A DNA stretch of 63,854 nucleotides, filler included, from Reclinomonas americana ATCC 50394 (Eukaryota), in the NCBI GenBank assembly GCA_048213135.1. It is 4 parts of one record of this genome, joined end to end, with 100 filler letters (N's around TTAATTAATTAA, not from the genome) between each part and the next. Parts side by side here need not be neighbours in the genome. Positions count along the whole stretch, not along the records: positions 49,160 to 63,854 come from PS015040.1; 3 more parts are not named here. One strand, written 5' to 3'. Positions 55,301-63,854 of the stretch are shown here, piece by piece (the stretch's first letter is position 1; each line of letters begins with the position of its first letter). A program made the position numbers and the translations under genes. Under the pieces are notes generated by a model. That model saw nothing but the letters and a program-made list of their open reading frames with translations, did not search any database and was not told the origin of the DNA.

Positions 55301-58300
55301 NNNNNNNNNNNNNNNNNNNNNNNNNNNNNNNNNNNNNNNNNNNNNNNNNNNNNNNNNNNNNNNNNNNNNNNNNNNNNNNNNNNNNNNNNNNNNNNNNNNN
55401 NNNNNNNNNNNNNNNNNNNNNNNNNNNNNNNNNNNNNNNNNNNNNNNNNNNNNNNNNNNNNNNNNNNNNNNNNNNNNNNNNNNNNNNNNNNNNNNNNNNN
55501 NNNNNNNNNNNNNNNNNNNNNNNNNNNNNNNNNNNNNNNNNNNNNNNNNNNNNNNNNNNNNNNNNNNNNNNNNNNNNNNNNNNNNNNNNNNNNNNNNNNN
55601 NNNNNNNNNNNNNNNNNNNNNNNNNNNNNNNNNNNNNNNNNNNNNNNNNNNNNNNNNNNNNNNNNNNNNNNNNNNNNNNNNNNNNNNNNNNNNNNNNNNN
55701 NNNNNNNNNNNNNNNNNNNNNNNNNNNNNNNNNNNNNNNNNNNNNNNNNNNNNNNNNNNNNNNNNNNNGCCCTCTCGTCGCAGACCCCCGGTGCCTCTGC
55801 CAGCACCTTCCAGGACATCAACACGTCGCTCACCGTGCTGCAGACGACCAACCTCGCCACCGGCTCCACTGCGTACCGCGCGTTCATTGTCGGCGACGCT
55901 GGTCCCACCACTGTGACCGCCACTAACGTATCGTCTGGCACGTGGCGTGGCTACACGATTGGCGCGCTCGCCGCCGCCAACGCCACCACTGGCCAGGGCT
56001 ACACCATCAACGTGTGGACTGAGTCGCAGATCAACCGCTCGGCTGCGGCCTGGAGCGGCACTCTGACCACCAGCGGCTCGGATGCCACCAAGGTGTCGAC
56101 TGCGGCGCCGACGCTGTCGTCCAACCTGCGCTACGTCACGTCGACTTCGGCGTGGGTGGAGTGGGAGGGTGTGGCGGCCAATGTGGGCGTGATTGGCGGT
56201 GCTCCGTCGTGGTATGTCAAGTCGGACTGCGGAACCGGTGCGGTGACTGTGGTCACCACCATTGGCGACCTTACCGATTTCAGCATTCCGGCCGGCAGCT
56301 CTGGTCTGTCGCGCAACCGCGTGCTCGTCAAGGTCACTGGCCTGACTGGCACCAGCTGCGCCATCTCGACTGCCTACAACAACGGCAGCGGCACTCCGGG
56401 TGCCAACGGTGCCAACCTGACCTTCTCGACTGCCGTGACGGTGACCCTGGCGTCCGGTGCGCCGGCCACGCCGACTGGCTACACTGTGTCTCCGTACACT
56501 GGCTCTGTGGACCAGGTCACTTCGACGTCGTTTGTCGTCGCCTTCAACTACCCGGCCACCTTTGGCACGGGCGACACTGGCGCTGCACCGACTGCCGCCT
56601 ACACGGTGACCAACGCCAGCACTGACCAGCCTGCCATCACCACCGGCGCGACTGGCAATGGCACGCTCGCCACTTCGTTCTACGGCCTGTTCTCGTACAA
56701 CTCTGGCTTCTACCAGCAGATTACCGGCTTCACTGTGAGCGGCACCGCCAACAACTTTGTGGCTGCCACGCAGTACACGACCAAGATTCGTGTCACCGTC
56801 AACAGCAACACCACTGCCTCGGCGGCCGGCTCCATCCAGGCCACCACCGACAGCAACGGCTCCGTGCCGGCTGCGCCCACCAACGTAGCGTACTCGCGGC
56901 TGTTCTCGACTGGCGTGCGCCTCAACTTCTCGACTCCGATCAGCGTCGGCGGCTCCAATACTGCCACCTCGAGCGCCACGCAGAGCAACGTGACGACGCC
57001 GACTCCGAACGTGAGCGCCTACCGTGTGGTGTATTACACCACCAGCGCCTCGTCGGTGACTGCTGCCACTGCCGGCTCTGCCGTCGCCATTGACACCAGC
57101 TCCATCCCGTCCACCAACGGCACTGGCGCTGCGGCGTCGTGGAACAACAACCTGTCGACCTACTACATTGACGTGACTGGCCTGCCGGCTGGCACCTCGG
57201 TCAACCTGCAGATCTGCGCCAGCAACCAGTTCTCGATTGCCTTCCCGACGTCGCCCTTCAACCCGGCTGGCACTGCCGCCAACCCGGTGACGTGCGTGTT
57301 CAGCACTGCGATCAACTTCACCACTCCGGCTGCCTCTGGCGTCGTGCCGAACCCGCCGACCAACCTGGTCGTGACGCAGTACGGCCTGACCAACATCTTC
57401 CTGCAGTGGACGATTCCGCAGAACTTTGGCTCCAATGCCGTGACGGTGTTCACGATCTTCCGCGGCCAGGGCAGCGCGACCCCGGTGTCTGTGGGCACGG
57501 TGACCCTGCCGGCTGGCTGGGCGACCACCGCCGCTTACACTGCCGACACAACGCTGACGGCCAACACGTCGTACACGTACCAGGTGTACGCCACTGCCAC
57601 GTCGACCAACTCGGCCACGGCTGCTGGCCCGATCACTCAGACCACTCACAACACCAGTTGCGTGAAAGGGGGAAAGGAGGGGAAAGAAAGAGGACAGGAG
57701 AGGGGATAGGAGGAGAATAGACAGGGAACCATCTGCTTCTTTTGAAAATATCAGTATCTCATTCACCACCGCGTCTCTTCTCCCCCAACACACAGATGAC
57801 GCACCGATTGCCCCGGCCGCCCCGACGCNNNNNNNNNNNNNNNNNNNNNNNNNNNNNNNNNNNNNNNNNNNNNNNNNNNNNNNNNNNNNNNNNNNNNNNN
57901 NNNNNNNNNNNNNNNNNNNNNNNNNNNNNNNNNNNNNNNNNNNNNNNNNNNNNNNNNNNNNNNNNNNNNNNNNNNNNNNNNNNNNNNNNNNNNNNNNNNN
58001 NNNNNNNNNNNNNNNNNNNNNNNNNNNNNNNNNNNNNNNNNNNNNNNNNNNNNNNNNNNNNNNNNNNNNNNNNNNNNNNNNNNNNNNNNNNNNNNNNNNN
58101 NNNNNNNNNNNNNNNNNNNNNNNNNNNNNNNNNNNNNNNNNNNNNNNNNNNNNNNNNNNNNNNNNNNNNNNNNNNNNNNNNNNNNNNNNNNNNNNNNNNN
58201 NNNNNNNNNNNNNNNNNNNNNNNNNNNNNNNNNNNNNNNNNNNNNNNNNNNNNNNNNNNNNNNNNNNNNNNNNNNNNNNNNNNNNNNNNNNNNNNNNNNN

Positions 58301-60091
58301 NNNNNNNNNNNNNNNNNNNNNNNNNNNNNNNNNNNNNNNNNNNNNNNNNNNNNNNNNNNNNNNNNNNNNNNNNNNNNNNNNNNNNNNNNNNNNNNNNNNN
58401 NNNNNNNNNNNNNNNNNNNNNNNNNNNNNNNNNNNNNNNNNNNNNNNNNNNNNNNNNNNNNNNNNNNNNNNNNNNNNNNNNNNNNNNNNNNNNNNNNNNN
58501 NNNNNNNNNNNNNNNNNNNNNNNNNNNNNNNNNNNNNNNNNNNNNNNNNNNNNNNNNNNNNNNNNNNNNNNNNNNNNNNNNNNNNNNNNNNNNNNNNNNN
58601 NNNNNNNNNNNNNNNNNNNNNNNNNNNNNNNNNNNNNNNNNNNNNNNNNNNNNNNNNNNNNNNNNNNNNNNNNNNNNNNNNNNNNNNNNNNNGCAGCGCC
58701 CGAGCGGCATCACGTCGCTGTCGTCGAACCTGCTGCTCAAGCGTTCGACCTCGATCTGGCTCAGCTGGGGACAGCCGCAGGAGACTGGCGGCCAGGGCTT
58801 CGTGAACCAGTGGCAGGTGTCGTGGCGCGCGGCTACGGCCAGCACGCTGACCCAGAATACCACCTCGGTGCAGCAGGCTGTGATCCGCGGCCTCACTGAC
58901 GCCACCAACTACTTTATCGATGTGCGCGGCATCAACGGCATTGGCACGTCGACCACTCAGGCCACCTTCGGCGACGGCATCATCGGCAACGGCCTCAACA
59001 ACAACGTGCTGACGGGCCAGGTGCCGAACGACCAGACAAACTTTGCGGTGACCAGCAACACTGGCACGGCGATTGCGTTCTCGTGGACGACTGCCACTGG
59101 TGCGTCGACTGCCATCTCTGGCCAGGCTCTGACTGGTGTGTCGGGCACGACTGCGTCGAACCCGGCGGTGGCGGTGGGTGCCACCGACACCACGGCGTCT
59201 GTGACGGTGGTGAACGGCAACTTCTACCGCTTCTTCCTCAACGCGACCAACTCGATTGGCACGGGCAACAACTCGCTGTCGATCTACATTCAGGCGTCGC
59301 CGGTGACCACGACTGGCATTGTGCCGGCTGCTGGCACCCCGTCGCTGGACTTCTACGCCGCCAACGAGTACCGCGTGTCGTGGACTGCGGTTGGCTCGGG
59401 CACGACTGCGGCCACCACCTACTACCTGGTGTACTGGCAGTGGACGACCCGCTTCCTGGCGTCGACTGGCAACCCGGCCGCCGCTGACGGCCTGGGCCTG
59501 AACACTGCTGTGCTCGGCAGCGGCACCAACCCGGCCATTGCCGGCACTTGCGTGCAGCTGTTCCAGACCATCAAGCCGTCGTCGCGCTACCGCATGGTGC
59601 TGATCGGTGGCAACACGGTCGGCCTCGGCCAGGGCTCGCAGGGCACCGCCAACAACAACATTGGCACGCCGACTCAGGGCGCTCTGACGCAGACGGGCCA
59701 GGCTGCCGCTCCGGCCGCCCCAACTCAGGGCACCACCACCAACACCTCGATCACCATCAACTTCTCGACCCCGGTGTACACTGGTCTCGGTCTGATCACC
59801 AGCTACCAGATCCAGACGTTCCCGGAGAATGGTGGCAACGTGATTGTCGGCTACAAGAACGCCACCGACTCGACGTCGTCGTCGCGCGCCAACTACACGT
59901 TCACTCAGGCGAACCTGCAGCCGGGCACGCCGTACGTGGTGAATGTGCGCGCAATCAACTCGTTCGGCCAGTCGATCCCGTCGGCCAACCTGCGTGTGTC
60001 GACGACCGGTGGTGCCGGTTTCGCCGCGACGTCGTCGCTGTGGACTGTGGTGCTGATGGCCATTGCCGCGCTGATGGCGTTCGCCTTCTAA
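52334..60091 (+). CDS. Giant fibronectin type III-repeat cell-surface protein, signal peptide and probable GPI anchor
   Basis: MRWLLSVACLVFLGAVLLA; repeated FN3 signatures (LQPSTGYVVRVRAVGQWGFGPWS, GLTDATNYFIDVRGINGIG, LQPGTPYVVNVRAINSFGQS); ends GGAGFAATSSLWTVVLMAIAALMAFAF* with no cytosolic tail. Two N gaps interrupt it. Confidence 0.85.
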
Positions 60092-60776
60092 ACGGGAGAG
60101 GGTGGATGGCAGTTGCTCTGTCTTTTTTCGGGGTGGGTTATGTTATGTCTCTCTTTTTCTCAAGTTTTGTTCGAGAGCGTGTTTATTTTTGAGATAGAGG
60201 GGGTTTCACCGGAGGTATAGAACGAAGCGATAGCTGACTCGTGCGTTCTTTTGTGGCTTGTGGGCGTGCGAGGAGATTGGCTTTTCTGGCATCGTTCTGA
60301 GTGGAGAATGAACACATTACCAATTCGGTGTTACATGCAAGATAAGTAGCAACTTCATTGCAAGCCAGATGACACATACAAAGCAGACCTGAGCTTGACA
60401 ATCGCCCACTGTTCTCGGATATCGATGTTCGAATCGCCGAGAGTGCAGAAAAACCTGCCTCTGCAGTCGAGACTGGTAGTGTATGTGTTGATATTATTGA
60501 TATGGCCATGGTCCATGGGCCTGCAGCTGGTCACCATGACAGCTGTTGTTGCTTGCGCATGCAATTGTTTGCAATTGGTGAATGAATGTGTCTTGCACTT
60601 ACGCGACCGCGACTCAAGTCGCATTGATAAACAGACCGCGAGCGGACTCAGGAGATCTAGAGGCACGTTTCCAAGTTGAGGCTTTGTCGAAATGTTTCTG
60701 TTTTGAAAGAACCATTGGTGCTCAATTTCGCAGCGAAATCTTCTCATCGTCTCACAGCATTTGTGCGAGCGAACAC

Positions 60777-62217
60777 ATGCGCCACTCTTCTCCTCTCGTG
60801 CTGCTGCTCACCATTGTCGCCTGTGGGACACTGCTCTGTGCATCCTCTGCACACGGTCAGCTTTGTGCTGTCATGATCGTGTCACGTTGTTGACAGCTCT
60901 TGACTAATTATTCACACAGCACAAACACCGAGCGTGTTCTCCGTGCAACCCACTCTGCTCTACACACACATGCTCGCCACACTGACAATCTCCGGCAGTG
61001 GCCTCTCCTCACAAAACACAGTGCGTGTGTGCATTGATTGATTGAGAGGATTCTTCTTACTCATTGCTCACCGATGCACCACACACACAGGTGACTATTT
61101 GCAGCACCACGCTCGCCTCCAACTGCTCCGCGTGCATGCTCACCAACTCACTGCCGATCGGCAACCAGCAGAGCACCGCCACACAGATTGTTGTCAGTGG
61201 GATCAACACTGGCGACACTGCGCTCTCTCTCCGGGTGTGCCTGGCGTTTCGTCATGCTTGCTGGCTTGCGCGTTGGTGCACGAGTCTCTCATTGGCTCTT
61301 GATGCAGTGTGCCTGGCTCGGCCTCGCTGCAGGCCGGCTCCACCATCACGCTGGTCTTTGATGATCCGCAGGTGACGCGCATGGATCCGAACGTGCTTAA
61401 GGGCGGCGTCAGTGCCCCCAATCAGTTCCTCAACATCTATGGCAGCGGTTTCAACGCGCTGGATTCTGTGTATCTGCATTACCCGGATAGCCCCACCCCG
61501 TGTATGTCGGGCGCGAACTCGTACGGCATCATCACGTCGACGTTTGTCAAGGTCAACGACACGCAGGTGCATTTCGACATGGTCAGAGTCACGTCGGGCA
61601 GCGGCAGTGTCACTGTGTGCATGCGGTGCGTGTATGTGCTTTCCTGTCGTTTGCATTGCCGTTGCTGATCGTTCATCGCAGCTTCCGTCGCACGCCAGGC
61701 ACCGGCATCACGTACGTGACCAGCTTCGACGGGCTGTCGGTCAACAATCCCGACGTGCACATTATCTCTGTTGGCATGTGGATTGGCATTGCATTTGGCA
61801 TCCTCGGCGGCATTGCGTTGATTGCGTTGCGTTGCTCCATGCTTTGTTTCTTCTCCATCAGCTCACAAACGTGGATGGACAACGCACAGTGCGCTGGTGG
61901 CTTTCATTCTATGGCGCGTCAGCCGAGCGCGACGCGCGCGAAACACGCTCACGTACGGGTCGCTGTCGGCCGCCCCGTACACGGTTACTGAGTCGGCGCC
62001 GCCGAGCGCACCGCCTGCGTACGCCTATCAAGGCCAACAGCAGCCGCCATACGCCTTCCAGCCGTCGCCACCGAGCGCCCCACTGCCTCCGTACGCCTAC
62101 CCGCAAGCCGCACCTCCGCCGTACGCGTACCACCAGACACCCGCGAGTGCCCCGACTCCACCGTACCCGAAAAACCAACCCGCGCCGGGCTCGTCGGATT
62201 ACCAGAGTCCGCGTTGA
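60777..62217 (+). CDS. Type I membrane protein with two IPT/TIG-like domains and a Pro/Tyr-rich cytosolic tail, 6 exons
   Basis: Signal peptide; PSVFSVQP...LTISGSGL and PQVTRMDP...LNIYGSGF (IPT-like); TM IGIAFGILGGIALIAALVAFIL; tail with PSAP and PPxY motifs. Confidence 0.75.
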
Positions 62218-62352
62218 GTGCGAAAGGAGGAGAGTTGAAAGCTTTAATTGAATGGGTGTTGCTTGTTGAGGCAAGCTGTTGCTGATGTTACGGAAGGATC
62301 GGAAACTTCTATGACAATCGTCAGACACATGACACAAGTCTTGCTCTTCGCC

Positions 62353-62803
62353 ATGCGCCAGCCTCCACCTGTGCTGCTGGTCTTCATTGCCTGCATCAGT
62401 GCCACACTACTCTGCGCACATGGTCAGTCTGCTCTCTCACACACGCACAGCACTGCGCACTCACACACAACTGACCAATCATTGCAGCACAAACACCGCC
62501 CTCTATAACCTCAGTGCAGCCGACCACACTCTACACCAACTCGGTGGCCAAGCTCACCATCACAGGAGAGGGATTCACCACACAGAACACGGTGAGAGAC
62601 AGTCAGTCAGAGAGAAGGGGTCAATGCATCCGCTGAAAAGCCTCTCAGGTGTCCATCTGTAACGCGGACACTGTGCCGAGCTGTGCTGCGTGCACGAGCA
62701 CCAACTCGCTGCCAATTGGCGACCGGGAAGTCACGCCTACGCAGATCACACTCGATGAGATCGACACTGGTGACACGGCCTTTGATCTGCGCGTGTGCAT
62801 CGC
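62353..62803 (+). CDS. Paralog of the IPT-like membrane protein, exons 1-3
   Basis: MRQPPPVLLVFIACISATLLCAH; CAACTSTNSLPIG...IDTGDTAFDLRVCIA aligns with CSACMLTNSLPIG...INTGDTALSLRVCLA. Intron positions are the same. Confidence 0.75.
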
Positions 62804-63071
62804 GTTGCGTCTCTCTGTCTGTTGCAGTGAGCGTGGCCAGTGTGTTGTGCAGTCGCTGATGATGTCCTCTCCTTGTTCTCCTTGTTCTTGTTCCTCTTGT
62901 TCGTCGTCGTCGATTGTCGTCTTCTTGTTCCTGTCCTTGCCTCGCCCTCTTCTCTCTTCTTCTTCTTCTTCTTCTTCTTCTTTTCCTCCTCCTCTTCTTC
63001 TTCTTCTCTCTCTCTCTCTCNNNNNNNNNNNNNNNNNNNNNNNNNNNNNGAGAGAGAGAGAGAGACGCAAC

Positions 63072-63617
63072 GCAATGATTGCCACGCCGCCACCGATGCC
63101 ACACCCGATGCCGATCCACGCTCCAGTGGAGAGACCGCCGGGCTTTGGTGCGTTGGGGTTGTTCACCACCAGGCCGTTGAACCCGATGACATACAGCACA
63201 TCGCCACCTTTCGGCAATCGGTGGAAGCTGTGCACGAGTGCGATGAACATCAACAACAACAACGACACACCCAGACAAACGCTCGATCGCCACACTCACG
63301 TTACACACACGTAGAGCTTGCCTTCGCCCGACGTGGCCTTCACACTGTCAAAATGCAACACCGTGTCGTTCACCTTGACAAACGACGTCGCCACAATGCC
63401 CGGCGAGTTCTCGTCACTGGTGCACGGGAAGTCGCCCTCCGGATAGTGCAAGTACACCAACTGGAGCGGCTTGAAGCCGAGACCGTAGATATCGAGCGAG
63501 GTCGCCACCGCGTGGTTGCCACCCTGCAGCACATTCGGCACGATGCGGTGCACCTTGGGATCGTCGTAGATCAGCTCCACATTGCTGCCCGCCTGCACTG
63601 GATCCATGCCCGGCACG
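63072..63617 (-). CDS. Paralog of the IPT-like membrane protein, exons 4-5 (probably on an inverted contig)
   Basis: VPGMDPVQAGSNVELIYDDPKV...VYLHYP...TSFVKVNDT and GAWIGIGCGIGGGVAIIA align with exons 4-5 of the 60777 gene. It begins exactly where the + strand paralog stops, in matching phase 2. Confidence 0.75.
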
Positions 63618-63854
63618 CTGCGTGGAAGAAGAAAGAAGAGCGAAGAGGAGGACGTGGAGGAGAAGGAGGAGGAGGAAGAAGGAGGAGGAGGAGGAGGAGA
63701 AGAAGAAGAAGAAGAAGGATAAGGAGGAGGAGGAGGAGGAGGAGGAGGAGGAGGAGGACGTGGTGGTGGTGGAGGAGGAGGAGGAGAAGAAGAAGAAGAA
63801 GAAGAAGAGGAGGAAGGAAAAGAAGAAGAAGAAGAGAAGAAGAAGAGAGAGAGG

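Noticed and set aside
54923-57793. 956-aa minus-strand ORF and other long antisense ORFs (e.g. 38497-40740)
   Set aside because: Shadow frames of GC-rich coding sequence, some inflated by N runs, with no coherent protein features.
61225-61310. Apparent non-GT donor (cg|ggtgtgc or cg|cgtgtgc) in the IPT-like genes
   Set aside because: Both paralogs are resolved by a GT donor a few codons downstream (gc|gtttcgt and gc|gttgcgt) that conserves LRVC(L/I)A.

Overview
Gene-dense, intron-rich (mostly 60-100 nt introns), GC-rich eukaryotic nuclear DNA, probably from a unicellular protist. It is a gappy draft made of four scaffolds joined by N-TTAATTAATTAA-N linkers (about 14.9, 41.9 and 49.1 kb), so gene order across those joins is not real. 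Splicing the exons by hand gives about 20 genes: syntaxin-5 3' end, a guanylate-binding protein, glycine C-acetyltransferase, a large polytopic membrane protein, a coiled-coil 3' end, two tandem GSTs, G6PD, GNL3/nucleostemin GTPase, a mitochondrial carrier, APC2, choline/ethanolamine kinase, a large unknown protein, a secreted ependymin-like protein, an atypical cytochrome P450, a YEATS protein, an EH-domain protein, an intronless F-box/Cys-rich protein, a giant GPI-anchored FN3 surface protein and two IPT-like receptors (the complete one has a PSAP/PPxY tail). The most striking signal is in the splicing code. By hand count roughly 45 introns (about a third of those traced) start GTTGCG(T/C) or a close variant, which is the usual donor GTGCGT shifted by one nucleotide, and none of them follows an exon ending in G. 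All gene calls come from motif recognition without database searches.
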